Source: Acidimicrobiia bacterium (GTDB taxonomy: Bacteria; Actinomycetota; Acidimicrobiia; Spongiisociales; Spongiisociaceae). Taken from it: 64,000 bases of DNA. The translations under genes were made by a program, and so were the position numbers. The notes under the pieces are model-generated. The model saw only the letters and a list, made by a program, of their open reading frames with translations. It ran no database searches and had not been told where the DNA came from. How positions within the stretch are numbered: the first letter of the stretch is position 1; every line of letters starts with the position of its first letter. This document shows positions 48,057 to 57,547 of this stretch, one piece after another. Location of the stretch: the NCBI GenBank assembly GCA_041576165.1, contig JBFGLM010000007.1, forward strand, positions 61,992 to 125,991, read 5' to 3'.

Positions 48057-48109
48057 ATGGGCCGATCGGCTCATTGTTGGAATCGCACAAGCGGCACCGA
48101 TCGGCTCAT
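48057..48109. promoter_or_regulatory. Palindromic operator and its direct repeat
   Basis: ATGGGCCGATCGGCTCAT near-perfect palindrome (48057-48074); CCGATCGGCTCAT repeated at 48097-48109. Confidence 0.5.
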
Positions 48110-48217
48110 GGCCAAAGCTGCAGCGCCGCACCGAACGGCGGCAGGCTCTCCACCGGAGAGAACCCGGTCGCGGCGAGCCTTATCCGCCCGGTAGTTCGCG
48201 GCGATGCGGACGATGGT

Positions 48218-48979
48218 TCAGCGAGCCTGGTAACTGAGGCCGATCCGTCCGGGAGCGGAGACGGTCAGACGGGAACCTTCTATCTCGACCGTGAATCCGT
48301 CACCAAGGACTGTGACAATGTGAGCATCCTGGTCCTGGAGGTCGGCCGGGCAGTCACCGTCCGCGGCGAAGTCGACGAATTGGATCGTGTCGCCGGACTC
48401 GATCCAATTGCCCTCCAACGTCCGGCAGCCGGTGCCGCCGGCGAGGGTCCCGTCGCCACGCAGTTCCAAAGTGGCCGGCTCGCCCCTCGCCGAGGTCGCG
48501 ACATCACCTTCGACCAGCGTATCCAGTTCCCAGACGGTGTCGACGAGCGCCGCAGTGGGGATCTGCTCGAGACGGGCGAACTCGAGGGTGATGGCGTCGC
48601 CGGTCAGCAGGAGGGTTTCCTCCCCCGCCGAGTAGCCGGTCACGCGTTGCAGCGCAGCGAGGTACGACGCTTCCGATTCCATGACGGGGGGGACGCACGC
48701 CATCTCGGTGGCAGCGATTGCGCCCAGCTGAAGGTCGCCATCGGAAGCGCCATACGTGCCCCCGTACCCGTTGCAGGCGGCCGTACCGCCGAACTCGGAT
48801 TCTGTGAAGCTCAGCGTGATCCGGTGGTCGCCGACGATTGGAATCGGGGTGCCCTCCACATCTCCGGAGGTGAGTTGCCAATCTCCCAGCGGCAACACCT
48901 CGCCGGGGGCATCTTCCGTACCGGCGGCGCCGCACGCGCCGAGCACCAGCAACATGAACACAATCAGGAGTATCCGCAT
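48218..48979 (-). CDS. META (HslJ) domain lipoprotein with two domains
   Basis: Lipobox LGAC; GTAACNGYGG..ATEMAC and GGTGCR. Confidence 0.88.
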   Translation of the reverse strand: MRILLIVFMLLVLGACGAAGTEDAPGEVLPLGDWQLTSGDVEGTPIPIVGDHRITLSFTESEFGGTAACNGYGGTYGASDGDLQLGAIAATEMACVPPVMESEASYLAALQRVTGYSAGEETLLLTGDAITLEFARLEQIPTAALVDTVWELDTLVEGDVATSARGEPATLELRGDGTLAGGTGCRTLEGNWIESGDTIQFVDFAADGDCPADLQDQDAHIVTVLGDGFTVEIEGSRLTVSAPGRIGLSYQAR

Positions 48980-49135
48980 GAGCCTGAGACGTGCCGGACC
49001 CTAGCCAGGTTTCCCGGACGACCTGACCTCCACTGCCGGTTGACCGCGGAGCGTGCCTAGGCCCGCGGTGGCCGAACCAGCTCCCGCCGACAGCAACGCC
49101 CGCCGACCGACCTGAAGCCCGGCCGCCCACCAACC

Positions 49136-49165
49136 CGAAAAGCCCCTCCGAAGAGGGGCTTTCGG
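49136..49165 (-). terminator. Intrinsic terminator
   Basis: Minus strand AAAGCCCCTC-TTCG-GAGGGGCTTTT. Confidence 0.75.
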
Positions 49166-49250
49166 TCGGACTCCCGGCCGGCCGCTGATGGGAAGAGTCG
49201 GAGGAAGGGGACTCCGTTGCTCGGCGTGCGAATGACCGGTAGTCGTTCTA
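49136..49250 (-). ncRNA. Candidate small RNA
   Basis: sigma28-like promoter upstream, terminator at the 3' end, C/U-rich core, no credible ORF. Confidence 0.4.
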
Positions 49251-49349
49251 TGTGGTATATCGACCACTAAGAGTGAGATCTTGAATGCATTTCTGGGAAC
49301 CGTCGAGCGGTCCGGCACCGTCCGATGTGTGTTGTAGAGAGGGAGAACA

Positions 49350-50012
49350 ATGCAGCGAACCTGGATCGGACTGCTGGTACTACTGCTCGTCATGGCCGCT
49401 CCGACGGCGGCCGGTTCTCAGCCCGACGAATTGGAACCCGTTCCGAACACCGTGCTGGGACCCCCCAACGCTGCGTCCGACGCCGAGATCACTGTGATCG
49501 TGCAGCCCGGTCAGTTCCCGTTCTATTGGTTGGAGCTACAGCGCACCACAACCCGCAATGGCGGGTCGGTCGTTTCGGCCACGGCTGAGTCGATCCAACG
49601 GGATGGCCGGACTGTGTCGTATGGGATCGCCGAGCTGCGTCTACCGCCCGAAGCGTTCGGCACCGTCCTCGGCGACATCCTCACCTTCGGCACGCTCGTC
49701 GAGGGTTCAATCGAGGGCAGTGGCGGCGTGATCGCCGACCTGGTTGTCACGCTCTCAGAATCCGAGGCGGTGCCGGTCGGCAGCGACCCGGGCAGCGCGG
49801 ATTCCCGTCTCGGCCAGGCACTCGATACCGCGGCGACGGTGGTGCTCACGATCGTCAGTGTCGTGATCGTCGTGGGGGCGGCCGTAATACCGGTCGCAAT
49901 CCTCGCTTTGGTCGCCTATGGCGTGTGGCGTTGGGCCCGCCGCCGGTTTGAGCCGAGCTCCGAAGTGAAGTCACGCCAGAGCAGCGAAGAGCCCGAATTG
50001 GTCGAAGGTTGA
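49350..50012 (+). CDS. DUF4349-like membrane-anchored protein
   Basis: Signal peptide; GG.V..A..LRLP..F...L..I...G pattern; C-terminal TM helix followed by RRR. Confidence 0.6.
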   Translation: MQRTWIGLLVLLLVMAAPTAAGSQPDELEPVPNTVLGPPNAASDAEITVIVQPGQFPFYWLELQRTTTRNGGSVVSATAESIQRDGRTVSYGIAELRLPPEAFGTVLGDILTFGTLVEGSIEGSGGVIADLVVTLSESEAVPVGSDPGSADSRLGQALDTAATVVLTIVSVVIVVGAAVIPVAILALVAYGVWRWARRRFEPSSEVKSRQSSEEPELVEG

Positions 50013-50108
50013 CGGGGCGGCGGGATCGGTCACCGCCGAGCCGGCATCCGGTCGGTTTCGTGCGGGAAGTCGTGAACGGCCGGTGGCCGGCCTACCTACA
50101 CTCGGCGG

Positions 50109-50861
50109 ATGGACATCTCGCTCGCCGGCAAAGTCGCCGTGGTCACGGGCGCGGCATCGGGTATGGGTGCTGCCACCGCCCGCCTGTTGGCGGCGGCCGG
50201 TGCGGTAGTGGTCCCGTGCGATCGGAACCGCTCCGGAGTCGAGCAGACCGCTCGCGAGATCGAGGCGCGACCAGTCGTGTTCGACGTTACCGATCCCGAT
50301 TCCTGCCGCGCCGTGATCGCGCGGACTGTGGCGGACTCCGGTGGTCTCGACGTCGTGGTCAACGCCGCTGGTGCAATAGTCCGTGCCGACGCCTGGCAGA
50401 CATCCGACACCGAATGGCGCAGGATCTTCGCGGTCAACGTGGATGGGACGTTCTTCATGAGCCGCTCAGCCGTTCCGGCGATGCGCGAGCGCGGGGGCGG
50501 ATCAATCGTGAATTTTGGCTCGATCTGGGGTTCGGTCGGCGCAGCCGGAACCGCCGCGTATACGGCGACCAAGGGAGCCGTGCACCAGCTGACGAGGTCC
50601 ATGGCCCTCGAACACGCCCGCGAGAACATCCGGATCAACGCGGTCTGTCCCGGCGAAATCGACACGCCGATGCTGGCGTCGCAGCGATCAGAACCAGTGA
50701 CTCGGGAATACCTCGAGGGACTCGCAGACGCGACTGTCCCGATGGGGCGGCTTGGGCGGCCTGAGGAGGTAGCCCGAGTGGTCGTCTTTCTCGCATCCGA
50801 TCACGCGAGCTACATGACCGGGGTTCTCGTCAACGTGGATGCTGGCTATACGGCCCGCTGA
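50109..50861 (+). CDS. SDR family oxidoreductase
   Basis: TGAASGMG, VNAAG, YTATK, INAVCPG. Confidence 0.95.
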   Translation: MDISLAGKVAVVTGAASGMGAATARLLAAAGAVVVPCDRNRSGVEQTAREIEARPVVFDVTDPDSCRAVIARTVADSGGLDVVVNAAGAIVRADAWQTSDTEWRRIFAVNVDGTFFMSRSAVPAMRERGGGSIVNFGSIWGSVGAAGTAAYTATKGAVHQLTRSMALEHARENIRINAVCPGEIDTPMLASQRSEPVTREYLEGLADATVPMGRLGRPEEVARVVVFLASDHASYMTGVLVNVDAGYTAR

Positions 50862-50900
50862 CCCGCCACTCTGACGCCAGCCCGGCCCGGACCTGCCAGG

Positions 50901-52466
50901 ATGTGCACCCATATGCACACGCAGGAAAAGCCGACAACCGAGGGCATTCTCCTCACCGACCAATACCAGTTGTCTATGGCGCAGCTGTTCTTCCGGGAGG
51001 GGTGGCACGAGCGGAACGCGCAGTTCGACTACTTCTTCCGGTCCTACCCGGACTACGGCGGCCACCAAGCCGGCTATGCAGTCACCGCCGGCCTCGAGTG
51101 GCTGCTGGACTGGATGGAGCAGTCCACCTTCGACGCGCCCGCGATCGAGCTGATGCGGACGAAGACCACTTCTACCGGTCAGCCTTACTACGACGACGCC
51201 TTCCTCGAGTGGCTGGGAGCGTATGGGAACTTTCGCGAGTTGGTCATGCGGGCGGTCCCGGAGGGCCGGGTGGTTCACGCCCACGCCCCGGTAGCTGTAG
51301 TGCAAGGTCCGATGATCATGTGCCAGATCCTCGAGACCTCGCTGCTGAACCACCTGAACTACACGACGCTCATCGCTACCAAGGCGTCGCGCATCGTCGA
51401 AGCAGGCCGAGGACGCCCGGTCCTGGAATTCGGCGTCCGGCGCGGTCCCGGGTTGGGCGCCAACGCGGGGGCGCGGGCGGCGATGGTGGGCGGTGCCGCC
51501 TTCACCTCCAATGTCGGGATCTCGACCGTCCTCGGGTTTGATCCCAAGGGCACGCACGCTCACAGCATGGTGCAGGCGTACATGGCGCTCGGTGCCGGCG
51601 AACTGGAAGCTTTCCGCGCTTTTGCCCGCAACTACCCGGACGATTGCATCCTGCTGGTCGACACGATCGACACCCTCGACAGCGGCGTTCCCAACGCGAT
51701 CAAAGTGTTCAAAGAGCTGCGGGCTGCCGGCCACGAACCGGTGGGGATCCGGCTCGACTCCGGAGACCTTGCGTATCTTGCGATCCGGGCAGCTCGCGAG
51801 CTCAACCTGGCCGGGTTCGACCAGTGTCAGATCGTGCTGTCCTCCAACCTCGACGAACTGGCGATCTGGCAGATCCTGAGCCAGATCGATGCCGAGGCGC
51901 AGCGCTACGGCGTGGATCCGGCAGCACTCATCTCCCGCCTCGTCTACGGGGCGGGTACCCGGCTGATCACGTCGGCCGGGCATTCGGCGCTGGACGGTGT
52001 GTACAAGCTGACAGCGATCGAAGACAAGGGCAACTGGTCTCCGGCCATCAAGGTGTCGGAGAACCCTGAGAAGGTCCCAACTCCGGGCAACAAGAGGGTC
52101 TGGCGGCTCTACGACGTCCGGGGGCTGGCCACTGCCGATGTTGTGGCGCAAGCCGACGAAGATCCATCTGAGTACGAAGCGATGCAGCTGTTCCACCCCT
52201 ACCGGCAGGGGTCACGCCGGACGTTGCAGTCCGAGGACATCTCCGATCTCGAGCAGCTCCACCAAGATGTGTTGGTGAAGGGAGAGCGGGTCGCCGGGCG
52301 CCCTCGCATCGAAGAGCTTCGCGCTCGCCGTGAGTCCGATCTCGACCGGCTGGATCCGGGTGTGCGCCGTTTGATCAATCCGCACGTCTATCACGTGTCC
52401 CTGTCGGAGCGCACCAAGGCCCTCCAGGCCGAACTGGTGGCCGACGCCCGAGCGGCCGCCGGCTGA
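50901..52466 (+). CDS. pncB: Nicotinate phosphoribosyltransferase
   Basis: LLTDQYQLSM, EFGVRR, GTHAHS, LVDTID, GIRLDSGD, GVYKL; start 50901 or 50913. Confidence 0.95.
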   Translation: MCTHMHTQEKPTTEGILLTDQYQLSMAQLFFREGWHERNAQFDYFFRSYPDYGGHQAGYAVTAGLEWLLDWMEQSTFDAPAIELMRTKTTSTGQPYYDDAFLEWLGAYGNFRELVMRAVPEGRVVHAHAPVAVVQGPMIMCQILETSLLNHLNYTTLIATKASRIVEAGRGRPVLEFGVRRGPGLGANAGARAAMVGGAAFTSNVGISTVLGFDPKGTHAHSMVQAYMALGAGELEAFRAFARNYPDDCILLVDTIDTLDSGVPNAIKVFKELRAAGHEPVGIRLDSGDLAYLAIRAARELNLAGFDQCQIVLSSNLDELAIWQILSQIDAEAQRYGVDPAALISRLVYGAGTRLITSAGHSALDGVYKLTAIEDKGNWSPAIKVSENPEKVPTPGNKRVWRLYDVRGLATADVVAQADEDPSEYEAMQLFHPYRQGSRRTLQSEDISDLEQLHQDVLVKGERVAGRPRIEELRARRESDLDRLDPGVRRLINPHVYHVSLSERTKALQAELVADARAAAG

Positions 52467-52481
52467 GTCCAGTTTGCGGGG

Positions 52482-53069
52482 TTACTGCACGGTGACCCCG
52501 GCGCCGACCATCTCTGCCACCGCGCGGGCCCCGTCCCCGGGGGTCAGGTTCACCGCTCGGATCCCGTCGGCCAGGAGCTCGGTTGTGAAACCAGAGGTCG
52601 CGGCATCGAGTGCCGTCGACTTGACGCAATAGTCGGTGGCCAGCCCCAGCACCACGACCCGTTGGATGGCGCGTTCCCGCAAGGCCTCCTCGAGACCAGT
52701 CGGCGTCTCTTCCCCCGTTTGCGGATCGCGCACCGTGAAGCCTGAGTAACCATCCTCGCCGGCGGTGCCTTTGTGAATCCGGATTGCGCCCTCGATCTCG
52801 ACCAGGTCGGGATGCAGCTCGGCTCCCCACGTGTCTCCCACGCAGTGGATGGGCCAGATCCCGCCGTCTTTGGCGAAATGGGGGGTGGTATCGGGATGCC
52901 AGTCTTGGGTGTAGACGATGGTGGCTCCGTCGGCCAGTGCCTCGGCGATCTGCTCGTTGATGAACGGGACCGTGTCCTCCCCGCCGGCAACGTAGAGAGA
53001 CCCCTTGGGATCGGCGAAATCGTTCTGCACGTCGACGATGATCAAGGCGGTGTTGGCATCGTACTGCAT
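52482..53069 (-). CDS. pncA: Nicotinamidase/pyrazinamidase
   Basis: IVDVQNDF, TQDWHP, WPIHCV, KG, GYSGF, GLATDYCV; leaderless TACCCT-N7-ATG. Confidence 0.95.
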   Translation of the reverse strand: MQYDANTALIIVDVQNDFADPKGSLYVAGGEDTVPFINEQIAEALADGATIVYTQDWHPDTTPHFAKDGGIWPIHCVGDTWGAELHPDLVEIEGAIRIHKGTAGEDGYSGFTVRDPQTGEETPTGLEEALRERAIQRVVVLGLATDYCVKSTALDAATSGFTTELLADGIRAVNLTPGDGARAVAEMVGAGVTVQ

Positions 53070-53094
53070 ACTGCCAAGGGTACTCCCGTAGCGG

Positions 53095-54348
53095 TCATGC
53101 GGTCGTGAGGTACGCAACGGTGCCGTTGAGCGGGTTGCTGTTCGTGACTTCAAACATCGCCAGGTGCGGCCGCCCGTCTTGGGTCAGGGCGAAGCTGACC
53201 AGCTGACCCAGCCGCAGCTCGCCTGCTTCTGCCACAGTCTCGGTCGTCCAGGCAGCTCCGTCGCGGCGAGCGTACCCCACTATCGACTCGTCGCCGTAGA
53301 CGATGTGCGGCCGGTCGTCGCCATCGATCGCGACCTGCGTGATCCGCCGGGCCCCGGTGAACCCGGGGAGCACGGCTGTCAGCTGGGTGACATCCGCGAT
53401 CTCCCAGGCCCGCCCGACCTGGGTGGCATAGCGAACGGTGGCGGTGGTTGCGCCGGTGAGATCGACGTAGGTGATGTGTGGATTGCCCAGCGAGTCGTAG
53501 GCCAGCGAGCTGTACCTGCCGACGTCGCCAGAATCGTCGACGGTCTCGATCACCCAGCTGTCGCCGTTGCGGGTGGCGTATTGGAGCGTTTGAGCGTTGT
53601 TGTCGTAATACGTGAGGCCGGGCTCGCCGTCCGGTCCGATGGCGAGCGAAACGTTGTACTCGTAGGCGATGGGTCCCGACCCTATCTCGGTGACCTCCCA
53701 TCCGCCGGCGGTGAGCTCAACGTACTCGACGCCGGACTGTCGGTCGAACTGCTGGGGATCGATTCCGGCAGCACGGACTATCCCATCGACTCCGATCGCG
53801 ATCGTGCTGTCCCAGCCGTCATGGCCGTCGTCGTTGACGGCCTCCACTTGCCAGTTCGTCTCGTTGCGGAACGCGATCGTGAGGTCGCCGAGATCCTGCA
53901 CGAAAGAGGTTTCCTGGTGGTCGTGGTACGCGATGTATGGGATTCCATCTGGCGTGTAGGCCAGCCCGATCGGACCGTAGAAATAGCCTTCGGTGACCGT
54001 CTCGGTCTGCCAATCACTCGCAAGAGATGCGTAGGCGATGAAACCCTGCAGGTCCTCCAACAGATAGGCGACGCCCGGCATACCGGCCGGGTCCAGCGCC
54101 AACACCGGCTTGACTCCTTCACCAATCACGGTGGCGGTCCAGCCCTCGGCGACGTCGAATCCCAAGACTGCGACAGCCGGGCCAGTGGGTGGCTCGGTCG
54201 CGTCCACAGAGGTCGTGGTCACGGTAGGAGAATCCAGAGCGGCGACCGTGGTGGGGCCGTCCGACGCCGGCTCGGAAGGGAAGTCGTCCCCGCTCGAGCA
54301 GGCAGCTGCCACCAGGACTATACCGGTGAGCAGAACAACGATACGCAC
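53095..54348 (-). CDS. Lipoprotein with beta-propeller repeats
   Basis: Lipobox AAAC; repeated W.xExV....G...xLA....G.PxIxY units. Confidence 0.8.
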   Translation of the reverse strand: MRIVVLLTGIVLVAAACSSGDDFPSEPASDGPTTVAALDSPTVTTTSVDATEPPTGPAVAVLGFDVAEGWTATVIGEGVKPVLALDPAGMPGVAYLLEDLQGFIAYASLASDWQTETVTEGYFYGPIGLAYTPDGIPYIAYHDHQETSFVQDLGDLTIAFRNETNWQVEAVNDDGHDGWDSTIAIGVDGIVRAAGIDPQQFDRQSGVEYVELTAGGWEVTEIGSGPIAYEYNVSLAIGPDGEPGLTYYDNNAQTLQYATRNGDSWVIETVDDSGDVGRYSSLAYDSLGNPHITYVDLTGATTATVRYATQVGRAWEIADVTQLTAVLPGFTGARRITQVAIDGDDRPHIVYGDESIVGYARRDGAAWTTETVAEAGELRLGQLVSFALTQDGRPHLAMFEVTNSNPLNGTVAYLTTA

Positions 54349-54512
54349 CTGCCATCTCCCTCTGAGCGGCTGCTGTATGCAACCCTGCGCCGGCTCCCGT
54401 CGACAAGGCTTAGTCGGATCAGCGACAAAGCCACAACCGATGAACCCGCTGGGCGAATGGGGATCCAGCGACGTCGTTCGATAGTATCTGGTCGAAATCT
54501 GACTGAGGTCGT

Positions 54513-56135
54513 GTGAGACCAGTCGACACTGTCCTTCTTCGAGCCTTCACATTGGCCAGCGTGGCAATCGCCGGTCTGATTGCGTTGACGGCAGTCTTGG
54601 CGCGTGAGCCGGGCCTACTGATTCGCGGGATGAGCGCGCTCATCATCGGGGTTTTCGCCCTGCTGCGACTCCGGCGCAGGCTGACCGCGGCCCCCGTGCT
54701 CCTCCTTTCGATCGTGATAATCGCCATCCACGTGGTCGTCGCCCAGTCGGCAGCGACATATACCAACGGCATGTACGGTGTCATCGGACTGAGCATCGCC
54801 GGGGCCATGCTGTCGGAGAACAGGCGGAGCGTGCTGGTGGTGGTGGCAGCCGCAGTAGGCGCTATGACGATCGGACGGATCACTGCGCTGGACGAGATGG
54901 CGTGGGAGGCGGTCATCTCGGGCGTGGTTGCCTACCTGGTGATCGTGTTCGGCACCTATCTGATGGAATGGGCCAGACAGGAGATAGGCGGCACCGAGAG
55001 CCGCTACCAGAACCTGTTCGATCGCTCGCCGGTGGCGAGCTGGGAAGAGGACTTGACCGGGCTGGCGGAATGGCTTGACCAACTGCGGGCGGAGGGCGTG
55101 GCCGACCTGCGCGCCTACCTCGCAGAACACCCCGACAAGGTTCGAGATGCGGTGTCCTTGATCGAGGTGAAGAACGTCAACGACGCGGCAGTGGAGCTTG
55201 TTGGGTTCCCTCGTGAGGCCCTGCTCGGACGGCTCAGCATGGATCGCATTGTCGACGACAGCCCGGAAACGATCATCGAAGAGATAATGTCGGTGTGGGA
55301 GGGCCGGGCCTGGCTCCGGGTGGACCTGCGAGGGCGGTCGGGCCACGGGCTGGATATCGACGGCTATCTGATGATGGCCGCCCCGCAGACCCGCGGAGTG
55401 ATTGACTGGAGCCGGGTGGTCGTGGCGATGGTTGATGTCAGTGACCAGCGAATGGCGCAGCGAAGGCTCGAGGAGTTGATCGACTCCAAGGATCGATTTG
55501 TGGCCACCGTCAGTCATGAGCTGCGCACGCCGCTCACTGCTGTGGTCGGCCTCGCCGAAGAGCTACGGGCGGACCAGGGCAACATTGGTGAGCGGGAGCG
55601 GGACGACCTGCTCGCGGTCATCGCCGATCAGGCCATGGATGTCGGCTACATAGTCGAGGACCTGCTCGTGGCGGCTCGGGCGGACCTCGGCAAGGTCAAT
55701 GTGCGCCCCGAGACGGTCGAGCTGCAAACCGCGGTCGTGAGCGTTCTGGACAGCCTGCGTCTGTCGTCCGAACCGACGGTGACATTTGAAGGCGAGGTTG
55801 TCGCCAAGGCTGACCCGCACCGCCTCCGCCAGATCCTGCGGAATCTCCTGACCAACGCTTCGCGGTATGGCGGTCCGAATGTCGAGGTGACGGGGAGCGT
55901 AGACGGGGGGTGGGCCGTGGTCGAGGTGCGGGACGACGGTGAGGGTATTGCGGATGAGCTGCGCTATGCAGTGTTCGAACCTTATGCCACAGCGCACTCG
56001 CCGACGGGGGTAATCGGTTCGGTGGGGTTGGGCCTGACCGTGTCCCGTCAGCTTGCTCGATTAATGGAAGGTGATATCACGTATCACCGCCAGAACGGTT
56101 TCTCCGCTTTCCGCTTGGAGCTACCGGCCGCCTGA
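54513..56135 (+). CDS. Membrane PAS sensor histidine kinase
   Basis: About 5 TM helices, PAS, H-box VSHELRTPL, N-box NLLTNA, DDGEG, GLGL; no adjacent response regulator. Confidence 0.93.
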   Translation: MRPVDTVLLRAFTLASVAIAGLIALTAVLAREPGLLIRGMSALIIGVFALLRLRRRLTAAPVLLLSIVIIAIHVVVAQSAATYTNGMYGVIGLSIAGAMLSENRRSVLVVVAAAVGAMTIGRITALDEMAWEAVISGVVAYLVIVFGTYLMEWARQEIGGTESRYQNLFDRSPVASWEEDLTGLAEWLDQLRAEGVADLRAYLAEHPDKVRDAVSLIEVKNVNDAAVELVGFPREALLGRLSMDRIVDDSPETIIEEIMSVWEGRAWLRVDLRGRSGHGLDIDGYLMMAAPQTRGVIDWSRVVVAMVDVSDQRMAQRRLEELIDSKDRFVATVSHELRTPLTAVVGLAEELRADQGNIGERERDDLLAVIADQAMDVGYIVEDLLVAARADLGKVNVRPETVELQTAVVSVLDSLRLSSEPTVTFEGEVVAKADPHRLRQILRNLLTNASRYGGPNVEVTGSVDGGWAVVEVRDDGEGIADELRYAVFEPYATAHSPTGVIGSVGLGLTVSRQLARLMEGDITYHRQNGFSAFRLELPAA

Positions 56136-56178
56136 GATCGGGACGATGGCGGTTCGCCTGGCTCGAGATGTTCGCGAT

Positions 56179-56535
56179 CTACTCGTCGGCGCGTGAAGGC
56201 CCACCTGGATCCCCCTGCTCGAGGTGGTCCGGCGAGCCGTCCCTCTTCTCCAGCGCCGTCCGAACCTCCGCGGCCACGTGGTTGAACGTGTCCGCCAGTG
56301 CGCCGGGCAAAGCCGCGAGGATGTCCTTGACGTCGGCCTTGACGGCTTCGTCCTTGATGGCGTGTTCGACGGAATCGGCCACGTCGTCGATGGCGCGTGC
56401 CAGGCGGTCCACCGCCGTCTCGTCGACTTCGGTTCCGTGCTCAGAACGCTCCTGTTCGAGGTGGTACCGCAACTTGAGCCCGAGGGACTCCATTCGGGAA
56501 CCAATCTCCCGCCAGGCTTCTTGTGCATCAGTCAT
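56179..56535 (-). CDS. Hypothetical helical protein
   Basis: MTDAQEAWREIG..LGLKLRYHL; coding-like codon usage. Confidence 0.65.
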   Translation of the reverse strand: MTDAQEAWREIGSRMESLGLKLRYHLEQERSEHGTEVDETAVDRLARAIDDVADSVEHAIKDEAVKADVKDILAALPGALADTFNHVAAEVRTALEKRDGSPDHLEQGDPGGPSRADE

Positions 56536-56590
56536 GAGGTCATCGTGCCGGGCTCGAGTGCCACCGTACAGGGTCTTTCGTCGCAGGTCC

Positions 56591-57394
56591 TCATTGCGCC
56601 GATGGGTATTCGGGCCGTCGCTTCTCCTTGATCGCTCGGGCTCCCTCACGCACATCGGGCCCCATGAAGTTGAGCATTTCGAACGCCAGGCTGGCGTCAA
56701 AAGCCGGGGCTGCATGCTGCATCCACAGGTTGAGCGAACGCTTCGTGAACCGGGCCGCGTCCTGGGGACCGGTGGCGATCTTGACTGCGATGCGCATCAC
56801 CTCGTCCATCAACTGATCACGGGGAACCGACTTGGACACAAGCCCGATCTGATCGGCTGTCTTGCCGTCGATGAAATCAGATGTGATCAGGTAGTACTTC
56901 GCCTTCGCCACACCGCACAGCAACGGCCAGACGATATTCGCATGGTCGCCGGCGGCAACGCCCAGGCGGATATGCCCGTCGGTGAAGGTGGCGTCCTCCG
57001 CCATGATGCTGATATCAGCCATGAGCGCCACCGCCAGCCCTGCTCCGACGGCCATGCCGTTGATGGCCGAGATGATGATCTTTTCGCAGTGGAGCATCCG
57101 GTATACGAGCTCGCCGGCCTCCTTGAGCGCTACCCGCATCCCGCCGTAATCGTTGACCATGGTCTCGATCCAATCGAGATCGCCTCCGGCCGAGAACGCT
57201 TCGCCCGCCCCGGTCACCACCACGACGCGGGTTTCGGGATCCTCATGGATGTCGTGCCACACTCGGCTGAGCGAGTTGTGAGTGGCGGCATCCGTCGCAT
57301 TCAGCTTGTCCGGTCGGTTCAGCGTGATCAGCAAGATCCCGTGCTCCTTGCGTTCGAACTCCAACCCCGGATATCCGGCGAAATAGTCATTCAT
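56591..57394 (-). CDS. Enoyl-CoA hydratase/isomerase family protein
   Basis: [39 protein letters not shown]. Confidence 0.93.
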   Translation of the reverse strand: MNDYFAGYPGLEFERKEHGILLITLNRPDKLNATDAATHNSLSRVWHDIHEDPETRVVVVTGAGEAFSAGGDLDWIETMVNDYGGMRVALKEAGELVYRMLHCEKIIISAINGMAVGAGLAVALMADISIMAEDATFTDGHIRLGVAAGDHANIVWPLLCGVAKAKYYLITSDFIDGKTADQIGLVSKSVPRDQLMDEVMRIAVKIATGPQDAARFTKRSLNLWMQHAAPAFDASLAFEMLNFMGPDVREGARAIKEKRRPEYPSAQ

Positions 57395-57547
57395 GGCATG
57401 CCTCCTCTGGACGAACCCTAGGGGTGGAGGCGAGCGGCCACTGTCTGGGTGATGGCGGGTGGATTCGGTGGGTCGTGGACGGCGGAGAGCGCCACCGCCG
57501 ACCTCTGGCAGCTAGGTTGCTCCGGGCACCCGCTGAGGAGAACACGA

